Positions 22,601-34,271 of a stretch of DNA of 64,000 nt are shown one piece after another. Below the pieces are notes generated by a model. The model had not been told where the DNA came from. It saw only the letters and a list, made by a program, of their open reading frames with translations, and did no database searches. The position numbers and the translations under genes were made by a program. How positions within the stretch are numbered: position 1 is the first letter of the stretch; each line of letters begins with the position of its first letter. Origin of the DNA: Orbicella franksi (taxonomy: Eukaryota); the NCBI GenBank assembly GCA_964199315.1, contig OZ116710.1:18166001-18230000 (forward strand). Direction: 5' to 3'.

Positions 22601-25600
22601 GTTTACCCAATGGCTGTTTCTCGACCTCCAACACGGGGGCAACTGATTATTAACTGCGCGCTGTTTTCAAGGTAATAAAACCGACGCATTTAAATTGCAT
22701 TCATGTGCAAGCAAACTTAATCTTTATCCACACAGAGGTATTAGCAATGGAAATTTTTAATATGTGTTATGTGGATTCAGACCTTTGGCGCCGTCATTCA
22801 ATTTTAGAGTACATATTACATGCAGTTAAAAGGCTTTGCACACAATTCTCAGTGCCGGCAGCAGTGCGGCACAATTCTCAGTTGCCGGTTCCTTTTTGAG
22901 TGCAGTGGGACGCTTTAAGCTGGATTTCTTGGGTTTCCGTGGAAAGTTTACCCTTGTTTTAACATGATTACCGCAATGCTGAGAATTAGACGCCCATTCG
23001 GTCAAAAGAAAGACTTGAAAACAAAGGACGTTGTTAAAATTCCGGAAGTTGTGGATAATTTCTTATAGAATTATGGAGACCGCACAAGAAATTACAAAGA
23101 AAAACAAAATTATTCCACTCTCGCGCCCTGATTGGCCCAGTTCCGGTTTTCATCACTACAACGGAAACAAAGCTAAGCTTGGTTATTAGTCAAATGACGT
23201 AAAAAAAAAACTCCCTGTAATTTTAAGCAGTTCGTATCTAAACTGTGAAATTAAATCACGGTTTTCGAGTTGTTTTTTCAGACGAATTCTCGAGTTCAAG
23301 TGGGTCTTTCACGCACAAGTGGCAACAAATGAATCAAGTTGACACAGCAATTATTATTGAGTGACTTTCCATGAAAGGTTGAATCCAATTTGCTTCAGTT
23401 CCAAATGTCAAAATATTGCGTAAATAGAATTTGAATGCGAGCAAAGGAAAACTACTGTGGTTCATGTTATTTTCAGCACGGTAAAGGCAACACAACTGGA
23501 AAGCATTTTTAGTATTTAGGAGTAGTGCTCTGAAGTGTAAATGATTCGGAAAAAAAAAGAAAAAAAACTTTTGACATGTAGTTTGAACAAGACGACAGCT
23601 AGAGAAAAATAACAAGGGCTTAGGGAACTATACTAGAGGTCCGTCTCTTTGACCCGCCCCCTTGGTTTTGCAAAAGCTGCAGTTTAAGAACTCCTAGAGC
23701 GCGGTAGTAGAAATTATTTCTTCACGTGCTACGAGCCGAACAAACAATATTGCAGACGATACAGCAGTATTTTGACAAATTCAACAAGGAAAACACATTG
23801 CGGGTGCGTGAATACCTCGTGGCTACTAATCTTTGCAGATTTGGATAGAATTTTAATTTGCTCGTTTAGTCGTAAGTGGAAAAGACAAAAATCATTCTCG
23901 ACAAAATCGCGCGCGACAAACAAACCCTATGCCGTGCTCGCAGAATGCTAATGAAAATTACTTGGCGTATCACATGAATTGAAAAGAACTTTTGTCTCCA
24001 CTTGAAAGAATGAACATCCCGCATAGCCAAAAAAACATAAACAATCTTTTTAATCAAATCTCCTCAAGTTGTTAAAGTTCTTTCGAGCGGAAACTAACTA
24101 GCATGTTATTGTTTTGCGATTAGTAAAAATTCACATCTCTTTAACGGGACTTTTTACACAACTTTGTCTTTTTAGTGTAACTTTGCAATGAAATGCAAAC
24201 TTCGTCGGACAAAGATAGTGGACAAAGTTCATAGACGAATGCTTTCAAAGAACATAAGAGGTAATTAAATTTCCCTGTCCAAACAAATCATCTTAAATTT
24301 TGTACACATTGCAGAAGTTACATAGAAAACACTACCTTGTGTAAAAAGACAACTCGCCGAGTTTGGTACCAGAAAATAACAACAGGAATATGATACAAAT
24401 ATTTTCCTGCCTACGTCAATACTACGTTTAATATAAGCATTAAAACGGAAAAATATTCAAACATCGACTTTGATGGGGTTTTCCAGGCGCCGGAATAACT
24501 TAAAGAGGGTCGGTAGGTCATGTGTTTTTAAGGTGATTTTGCGACATAAGAATCGTGTCAAGATCACCCGAACAAATAATCGAAACTGAGATAGCTTCGA
24601 GCAACAGAAAAACACAGAACTATCTCTAGAACTGATTTGCACAAGATTATCGTTCACCAGAACTGGACGAGATTTTGAAACAGATTACAAAATTCTTAAC
24701 TTAACATCTGTCGGTGCACGGTATTAATTAATTGATTCGAGAGAAAAAAATGAGTTACAAACACAACAAAACAATTGATGCGTGGACTAAATTACTTAGA
24801 AACCGTCTTTGTTTGTCATAAGACTGAAATTTTATTGAGTTTTTATCTACTTTGTTTCAAAATTTGTAGCTTATATCTTTGAATGAACGTAAAATCATAT
24901 CCCAACAAATTGCTTGACCCAAAACAAGTATATGTTAGAACAAGAGCCTTTAAAGACGTCATCGAGACATAATGCAGTTGACTTGCATGTAAAGATTTCA
25001 CAATTTGTGAAACTTTCTTTCAGTGTTGTTTTACGACTCGACCTTCTGTATCTTAAGCAGATCATGATCATTACGGATTACATGTAATCGCACGTTCTAT
25101 CTGTGTTGTATTTCACCCATTTTAGTTTCGCAATCGGCAATATAATCTGTAGCGCGCCCTAAGCGTGTAAACACTATAGTCTGTTTACTGCGTCAACTTT
25201 CTTTTGTTTACAAAGCGACCCTAACTTAAGAGAACTTCACGAATGCGTTGACCGCGGATTGAAGCACGCATAGGTAGAAAAAGAAAAGTCAAACGTGTTT
25301 ACGAGTTAGCGAAGCTTCGCTGTGTGAAGTTACGTAAGGTCATACTCATTCTACACGACTGATAAGTCGACTTCCTGGCATTCTGTTCAGAAATGCAAAG
25401 CTTAACTTTCCAGTTCTGGTTTGCTGTGAAGGTCAATAAAGAGAGACATGAGCCACGTATACAAACACTACCCTGATAGCCTAACATGCACATACCTTGC
25501 CTTGCTTCTTCTGAACATTATGGGAGAGTTAACCTGCGCTTTACTCTCACCATGTAGATCACCTGTGGTGATAGCTTCTCTTCTACTCCGAGGGAATCGT

Positions 25601-27162
25601 ATGCCGTTTGTCCCGCCTAGAGCCGCGAGTGGCTCAGACCCACGTCTATTTGCCAGCACTCGCGCCATTTGAGGTGAAACCGGCGAGATGCTGCCGGCAT
25701 TAAAAGCCTTCATCGAGGGCTTGAACGATCGTCGAGGACTCTGTGGAGACCCAGGCGCGCTTTTCGTGATCATTTCCTCGGGGCCAGGTGTTTCGTTCGA
25801 GGTACTCAATAGTTGCTTCGACGGGGGGGTGTTCGGATTGTTGTTAGTCCGGACAACAGCTTGTTTGAGCCTCCTCTGCTGCAAAGGTGACGCGGCTAAG
25901 CTAAGCGTGTTTCCTGGAGCATGGTTTAGGCGCGTTTGAACTTCTAAAGGAGGAAGGTGATTGTCGTTTTCGTCAACTTCTTCCTCGTCAAGGTGGATCT
26001 TCGGGTACCGAACCGTTCGCGCGCTCTTCGGCCTGCGCGGATCAACTTCCTTAAATCTCCGTTGAAGCAAGTGTTGATTGGACTGTACGTTGAGAGTTTG
26101 CGGTCTGTTTAGCCTCGGGGAAATCCTGCACGATTCGTCCGAGCTTTCCGAGGAGCATGGACTTGTTCTCTGCTCCTGCTGAGGGCTGTAGTTCCCCGCA
26201 CCAGTTTGAGATTTGACTTGATTCGGGGGTGGTTCCTTCTGAGATCTCGACTCTCCAGAAAAACTCAAGCCTTCGTCACACTCTGTGATCACTAATTCCT
26301 CGTTCTCGAGAGCAACAATTTTGGTCTCACCGGAGCTCGCACTTTTGCTAGTGTGCGGTGCTTCGAGGGCGGAAATGTTTTCTTCTTGAGCTTGTTTCTC
26401 TTCTGAGGAGTCATCTGACTCCTCTGACCTACACTCTTCGCTCAAATCGATTCCAGATTCGGTGGAATTGCGCTCATGTCGCGCACCCTTCTCATTGTAC
26501 ATGTATTTATAAAGCAATCTTTCCGCATCGTGGTGATTTAATCTGCGTGCAATATCAATCGGAGTCTCTCTATTTGTGTCAAGCATTGTTAAGATCTCCT
26601 TCGTTGGCTTGATCAAATGTTTGGCTACGAACTCCACGCAGTTTACATTCCCACTTGCCGCTGCAGCGTGGAAAAGATTTCTGCCCGCCTCGGTTGCTCC
26701 GTGGTGGTCAAACTCAATGTCTAGAGTTTGGAGTCTCTGAAGCAATTTTTCGTGGCCTCGACAGCAGGCGATGAAAAAGGCGACGAATAATCTTTCCTCT
26801 TTGCTGATCTGTTGCATAGGAAGCTTAGCTCTTATGCAAACGTTCTCGATTTCATTGTTCAAGGAAACGCAAATAAACTTGTTCCACCACACGGGTACTT
26901 GAACAACAATGACAACATCTCCGATCGTTTGGATAGTTTCTTTGAGTGGCGACCAGTCGCTCAGCTCCTGGCCTGGACTTTCTAATGCGCAGAGTTGTTG
27001 CAGATTACAAGGGATTCCAAACTGCAGCTCGCAAGTGACTTTAAGATCACGCACTGTCAAGTCGAGTTTATCGCGAACCGCAATCTTTTCCGTTGAGCCA
27101 TTTGGCAACTCGATTATAACTGCTTGGTTATCATGAGACTGCGCACCCGGGTGATTTGTCAT
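19647..27162 (-). CDS. ANKUB1-like paralogue 3: UBL + ankyrin + IDR + W-repeat C-terminus; 2 exons, about 771 aa (the 5.2-kb intron could hide further phase-2 exons)
   Basis: Exon 1 27162-25496 (GCA AG|gtatgt). Exon 2 20295-19647 (gtgtttcag|A TCG ATT). Phase 2, Arg split, as in paralogues 1 and 2. There is an in-frame stop upstream of ATG 27162. Motifs: TVRDLKVTCELQFGIPCNLQQL, VPVWWNKF, EERLFVAFFIACCRG, GRNLFHAAAASGN, RETPIDIA, RPWNAW, SFQQWISEKE, SFEEWMEDK, EYSKWLMQKE. Confidence 0.8.
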
Positions 27163-30100
27163 TTCTGTTTGGCAACCACGTCTTCTTTTCGGCGACTCTT
27201 GAATAAATATTGCTCAACTGACTCCAACTTTGTGTGATTACTTCTGGTCAGGGCGGCACGTACTGGCTAAACATCTGTAAAGAACACCGACTCAATGTAC
27301 CCTCGAGTATTTATACGCATGTGAGACGCGTTTATAGTTCTCCCACCTTTCTATAGGACCGCGCGTGTAACGTCATCACTGAGTGCGACAATGACATTAT
27401 ATTCCGCTGTGGTTTCCGGTGGTTACTGGGTCAAACACACTGACACAAAATTGTTTTAAGAGCATGCACTCCCCACTTCCGAAACAGAAACTGCGCCTTA
27501 GTCTGAAAAATATACTGCGCATAACCAATGAAGTGCTGTTTTCTCCGGGTTTGAATAAATTCAACGCAAATTGGATCTGATTCGATTAAAAATTTTCTAC
27601 GTGAGCAATTAGCGATTATGGCTCACTAAAGACGTCAGATAAATTTATTGTTTTCTCTTATTTTTATTGGAAAACCCGCAGTGATCAGATATCAAAATAT
27701 ATCAGACTTCGGAGTCACGAATACCAACAGCTGGACAGAGTTCAGATCCGGGGTTCAGATATCTTCGAGTACTAAGATTTGTTGCCCTGACACGATATTT
27801 ATTTTATGTTGGCACTGTCTCGTTAACTTTGATCTGAGTTTATAATTCTTTAAGGTTCGTGATAATCCCTGAATAGACTGAATCCTTCATGAAATATAAC
27901 CAATATTGAGCTCTGAACAGATAACAACGCTTATTTCACGTCATGTTCCACGTTCGAGCCTTATTACGAATGAAAAGCTCTTTTCATTCATTCTGTTTTC
28001 TGAAGAGAAGGCTAATTAAAGAGGCTCAGAAAAAGCGGGCTTTAATGGAGGTCTTTAAGTGTTCCCTAATTATCTGTTTAACGTGATACAAGCGATTTAA
28101 CCTACAGTAGGACTCTGTCACGAATTAAGTTTGAAATCTGTCGTTTTTTCACACTGCCGTGATTTCTTTATCCAATTTCACTGTGTTTAGCACTGGGATT
28201 AAACAGATTTCGTCAGTGTGTCTTTTGATAACAAATGACGTCAACCCGGTATGGAAATATCAATATAATTGATCCAAGAAAATTTTGTGGGGGCATTCAA
28301 GAGATTACTACCCCCAAATTTGTTAATCCTTCTTTCAGAAGGAACTCATTCACTGAACAATTAAATTTCTCTAGAACATTTGTATTTATTGGACCAGTTT
28401 TAAAAAGCATGCTGAGAAACTCACGCAAGCAAGATATTTTTGTTCGGGCCTATATAGAGCGGAAGCCTTTACTAAATTAAGGAACGTTGAAAATTAATTC
28501 CTTCGGAACGAATAAACGCACGTTTTCTTTAGAGATCTGACTCGACAACTCTCGCCTACTTGGAAGAATTTGTACTTTTAAATACTCTTTCAGGATAAAG
28601 AAAGTTACCATTTTGGCAAACTGAATGTTTCCTCACAAAATGTAAGAGTAGAATACATGTATAAGGAACATTTTGCTAGTAATATCAGATGTAAACCTGG
28701 GCGTGAGTTTACGAACAATACGAATTTGTCATCAAACTTCAAGTTGTTTGTCAAATCTGGGTTTACTTAATAGTTCTAAAATAACAAAACGATTATTTAC
28801 AAAGAAAATTCTAGCTGTTTATCCGCAGGGGTAAATCTGATCTACACTGATCGCGGCGAGATCTCTGTAGTTCATTACAATTTATTGTTTCGCTCGCTCT
28901 TGCTCTGTGTGACTGTAAGTGTTTTTATATTGCTTGGGAACTGTCACATGATAATCATTCTTAAAGGTTTAAATTTAAGCTTCTGCAGTCAGCTTAGGCA
29001 AGTTCTTGAGTTTGTTCTGTTGCTGTTTGAAAGCCGCTGAAAAATGACGACTATCGTTTTTCAGGAGAAAAATAATACAATGTTAAAATATTTTGTTCTC
29101 GTTTTGTAACAGCAACATTAGTATTTTTGATATTCACTCCACGTTAGATATTGACTACATAGCTTGTTTACTGAAAGATTATTACAAAAAATTTGGTGAG
29201 ATGAACACCAGTTTTAAATTCAGGTACACTCAGAGAAAGATAAAGCTGTTAAAACTCGGCCGCAATTATAATTGCTGAACATTATTTGAAGGAAATCCCA
29301 GAGTCAACGACAAACTTCACTTTCAAAAGGCGAACCAAAAGAGGAAAAATACGTGACGAATGATTTTAAAACTATAAATGGCAGGGTAGATAAGTGTAAC
29401 CAGTCTGGCAGAGACTAATATGTTATTTAAGACTGGATAAAGACTGAATAGTAAAAATATTGAACTTAAAGATATAAAGCGCCGTATTTAACCTTGTTAT
29501 TCCAATCTTGTCACACTACGATTAGCATGAATTAAACCAGCAGGCTGTTGAAAGTAAAGACAATCGAGGCAACTCATACTGTGACTCCTGCTTTGCTAAT
29601 TGTTCAGTATTAAAAGACGTTTACTCCAGACAAATTAACTTTTAAAATATGCGAAGTCAATAATGTGGAAATGCAAGAATTATGTTTCCTGAAGCCGGTA
29701 ATTCCTTTGAAGAAAACAAACCCAAAGCTATCGGAAAACTGAAAGAGATACTTGCTAAAAGCATAATTTTCTTTAGCCGGCCACAGCCCTAAATTTCTTC
29801 CTTCCTCTTAAACAGACGTTCTTAAAAACATCAAAAAAATTATAATCACAGTTGCAAAGATCGTCTTTTGTTTACTTCAATAACAATTTGCATCCATTCA
29901 TAACAAAAGACGATCGATTCGATTAGAGTGACACGAAGTGGAACAAATCTCAAAGTGATCTTGTTTCTTGAAACCAAAAATAAACAATTCTGATCCTTTC
30001 CGTTTAACTCCTAACCGTGGCTCTTTTATTTATTTTTCTATATGCGAGTGTCACCTTACCAGTGAACTTATGTGACTCGTATTTTAAAACTGTACGCGAG

Positions 30101-30261
30101 AGTTATTTACTTATTACCACGAGACTCATTAGTTGATAACATCGATATTGCCTCGGGGTTTGTTACACCCCGTGACCGTGCCATTGGGAAACTTGATCTA
30201 GACGTGCAGTTGGGCATATCCACCGATAAACAACTTCTTCAACGCTTTTATAACCAGCCGT

Positions 30262-30800
30262 TTTGACTTATGTAATGGTTTATTGTTTGGCTTATCAAAG
30301 GCGCAGATCGCTAAATTACAGCGTGTACAAAACGCAGCAGCAAGACTGCTGAAAGTTTTCTCACATTACACCGGCGCTTTATGAGCTGCACGGGCTGCCG
30401 GTTTCTTTGCGTATTGATTATCAGATTTTACTTTTGACTTTTAAATGTATTTATGGCCTTGCACCAACTTACCTTAGTGATCTCATTAGTATAAAATCGA
30501 ATTCATCATATAATCTTAGGTCTACTGGTGAGCTCTTACTGGACCATCCCAACGGTAAGATGCTTCCAACATTGGGGACCAGATCATCTTCAGCAGCAGC
30601 TCCGAAACTCTGGAATGGCCTACCTGAAGAGCTTTGTCAAGCAACATCACTTGACAGTCTTAAATCTCGACTTAAGACTTATCTTTTTAAGAAGTATTTT
30701 TATAATTTATAATTTTATTTTATTTTTATAGTGATTGTAAAGCGTTATTGATCAGAATATGTAAATATGCGCTATATAAATTGGTAAATTATTATTATTA
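30262..30800 (+). mobile_element. 5'-truncated non-LTR retrotransposon (L2/CR1 group): degenerate ORF2 C-terminus, 3' UTR and (ATT)n tail
   Basis: Translates, with a frameshift, to LFGLSKAQIAKLQRVQNAAARL..HITPALYELHGLPVSLRIDYQILLLTFK..GLAPTYL..YNLRS..APKLWNGLP..LKTYLF, the typical L2/CR1 ORF2 tail. Ends in aaattattattatta. Confidence 0.85.
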
Positions 30801-30991
30801 TGAAAATTAGTGTTTTCTTTTTATCGAGCTGTATTCTTGAACGTTAACGTCGGTATATTTCCTGGTCGAAAACCGCTCGCACATTCAGACACGGCCTCGT
30901 TCTACAGGCACCTCAGTCTGTGCCGGTTTGTGCGAGTTTTTCATACGTAAATGAAATGTTGAGCTTGGAAAGGGGCAGAGATGGCTTTATA

Positions 30992-31339
30992 TTAGTCGCC
31001 GTCCATACTACGCCGGAGATTTCAATCTGAAAACGCATCAAATGTTTTCCGTCCACACTACGCCGGACAAATTTGAAAACGCAGCAATCACCGGTCATTT
31101 TGGATTTGTGTTTGAGGAAAACGCGGGAAGGGAAATCACGTGATTATCGTGATGTCATCGTTTTCAAAATGTTTTCCCTCCACACGAAAACGAAAAGCCG
31201 GCGTTTCCAAATTCCTCTGGTTTAAAGAGCGTTCTCAAAAAGCTCCGTTTGCGTGACGGATTAGTGTGGACGGTAGGCCTAACCTTAGAAATAAAGCTGC
31301 GTTTTCAAATTTCTCATGCGTGGTGCGGTCGAGGCCTTA
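30992..31339. mobile_element. MITE with GCCGTCCA(C/T)ACT-type termini (PIF/Harbinger-like)
   Basis: Left ttagtcgccgtccatactacgccggag versus the reverse complement of the right end, taaggcctcgaccgcaccacgcatgag. Internal repeats of cgtccacactacgccgg and gaaaacgc. TTA/TAA at the ends. Confidence 0.6.
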
Positions 31340-32844
31340 GAAACTGCGTAGAGGTATATGCCAATGAACAGGGTGGGCCTTCCCCACTTTAGTCTGGGAT
31401 GATATCATCATATTATTATCAAACAATATTTGTTTTCCCTCTCCCTTTTAACAACCATTAATTCTCAAACTGGCCGTTTTCTTAAACGAGGCAAACACGT
31501 CAACGTTATCTAGGTCTTAGGATGGCTAGGGGTATTTTATGACTCAGTGCATGCCCCCCCTCAGTCCTCTTAATTCGGCCCAACGGAAAAATTATGGCCT
31601 CAGCTGGCGTAGCTCCACTGTACTGTTAATTAAAAACAGTCGCAAATTGGCCAAAACTTGAATTGACATATTACAGTTTATGTTACCACTTCCCCACTAA
31701 CAAAGCCAGCCGGTATTTAAACTGTAAACACGAAGCAACAAGTCTAAGTTATAGACCAACCGAGTGCTGAGGCGTGTAGAGCCAGTCTCATCTCTTATTT
31801 TTATCCCAAAATTGATTTAGTTACATTTCTGTTGTTTTTTTCTTTCATATCTGCAGTGATAGGTTTAATCCCTTTGCAGATTATGAATGTAGATGTAGAT
31901 GAAAGACTGGTCTTTATAATTTATGCCCCCGTCGACAGCCGTTAACACGTCACGGTTCAAGTTTGTTGTGACATGTTTTCCACACTTTTCACTGTTAGGA
32001 AAGAAAATTTCACAGTGGGAATCATTTAGGGTGATCTATACCATCTAGCAATTCGTCCTAGCATGATTTTAAATTAAGGAACTTTAATCCCGCTGTGTTC
32101 CTAGTCTCCTACTTGCCAAGTGAGTAAATCTTCCCTCAATGAAGGGGGGGGAGGAGCTCGCTTTGTTCCTGTAGTTATCGTTCGGCAGCTCCCATTTCAT
32201 TCGTTACCGCAGGTTTCAGTCCTTTGTCAAAAGCAGTTTCTGTCTTCTTTGGTTTTACGTTTTAAGTCCTCAGGTGACTGGCTCGAAATGTGTTTTTACA
32301 ATGAATGCAGAAATTCTCGTGCGCTCATTGGTGAATTTGTAATTCGCCTCGTGGATGCACAGCTACTTGGACAATATTATGACGAAATTCATGATCAATA
32401 ACAGGACAGACGCATAAAAAATTGAAGTCAATTTGATAAGTGTAATTAGTTTCGGGAGTATATGCGATGCAACCAAAACGACAAACATATCGTTTTCTCA
32501 GGTAATCAGATGCAAAATCAAACAAACTTTTCCCGCGCTTGAAAAATAATGTTAAGGACCTACAAAGAGTTCTAATTGGTCCATTGTGGCAGTTGCACGC
32601 GCTGTGGTTGGCCAGTTATGGTTGCCTTGGTTTTCGATTACAATTCTCTTTTCTCTGCTCTTTCAAATTCTTGGCCTGCGTGTGACGTTATCGTGAGGGC
32701 CTATAACCCGTACAGCAAGCTTTCCGGCGCGCAAATTGGAGCGTAGCTCTTCGCAGGGGAACGCTTTCTATCCTTGCATACGGCCGGCGCGCCTGAAATT
32801 TAAATTAATCAATCAGGATTCTGCAGGCGGGAAAAACGCAGGCT

Positions 32845-33070
32845 AGTGTATCCAATGGTTAGCGCTAGACTCTGAATCGAGCGGTTCAAGTTTAAGCCCT
32901 TGCCGGGGTCTTTGCGTTCTGTTCTTGCTCACTCAGGTTTATAAATAGGTACTGGCAAAATATAATGTAGGGGGTAGCCCTTTGATGGGCTTAGTCGCTT
33001 AATACTTTAGAAAACAGGATAAGTTCCGCCTGTATGGGCCGCTTAGCCCGACATGGACTTTACCTTATGT
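32845..33070 (+). mobile_element. Degenerate tRNA-derived SINE
   Basis: tRNA-like head (aatggttagcgctagactctgaatcgagcggttcaagtttaagccc), body tataaataggtactggc and tail ggactttacctta are collinear with the reverse complement of 50080-50345. Confidence 0.65.
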
Positions 33071-34271
33071 GACGTTATTAGTTTCAACTTAGTCTTTATA
33101 GTGGGAAGTGATTACAGACGTTCAATTTAGCTTTCTTTTTTTACCTTTTCTATGAAAATTAATTGCTGGCCGCATAAGTGCTGAGTCAGACCTTGCAGTT
33201 TCCCTATGGAGGAGTGTCGAGGGCGGAGCGAGAAGAGTGATAGCAAAGTAGCAATTGAAATCTTTATTACCAGGGAATAGACTATCACGATTCCTAAATT
33301 ACCCTCGTTGCTTATCGCGGTCAGAGAAGGCGAGGTAACTTAAAGTTGGAGACTCTGAACTTTGCATATCAATCATGATGTTTGGCCAGAAAAGCTCTAA
33401 ACGTTTGTCTCCTTGCAGGCTTCCCCCTAGGCCGTCCTGTCTGTCGCGAGCATACATTTTATAAACAACTTGGTGGCAACTTGGCAATGACGTCATAGAC
33501 TCGTTACCCGCGAAGATTTGTGGATCTCGTTTAAAACACATTCTAAATATCAACTGACGGTAACTACTATTTACTGTCGAACTTTAGAGTTTTACCGCAG
33601 AGAGAGAGTTCACTTGAACATGGTGTAGTTTTGACATTTTCATTCCAAATCGGGTAAGTACCAAGTGTTCTCTAGTAGCTTCATTTGTTAAGGTTTATTC
33701 GTGGCCTTGATCAAACGGTAGAGAGAGCGCTACAGCGCCTTCCAAAAATCTGTAAAGGCAATTTTTTTGCGAGCGTTAAAAATCAATCGTCTGGTATTAG
33801 TAAAGTGAACGTCGCATTCCACGAAAATTTGTAATCGCGAGTCAATATAATTTCGAATTAAACTACCAAAGGAGTATTTCTTCCCAACCTTACGTTATAG
33901 TTAATTATGCCAATACGAACTTTATAAACATCGTTATTGCTAAGCAAAAACATTTTAAAGTTGAAACCCCGCATTGATCCCTTATTGAAACGAAAACATT
34001 TTACTGAATTCGACATGCATTAAATCGTCAGTATAAATTAGAATTTTAGTTCTAGCGCTTGTCGTTATCACAGTACAAGCTATGAACTTATAGTCGTTAA
34101 ATCGTACAATTTTTATAAAGCAACTTAAATCTGACAAAACTCTCAAAACTCGGGAATCGTATAAAGCCCTAAAAAGGAATGAAAGGCTGATTTGATTTAA
34201 AGTAATATTTCTACCGAGTTCTATACAGTCATTTTAAATACTTTTATTTTGCTCTCAGAGATCAAACCACC

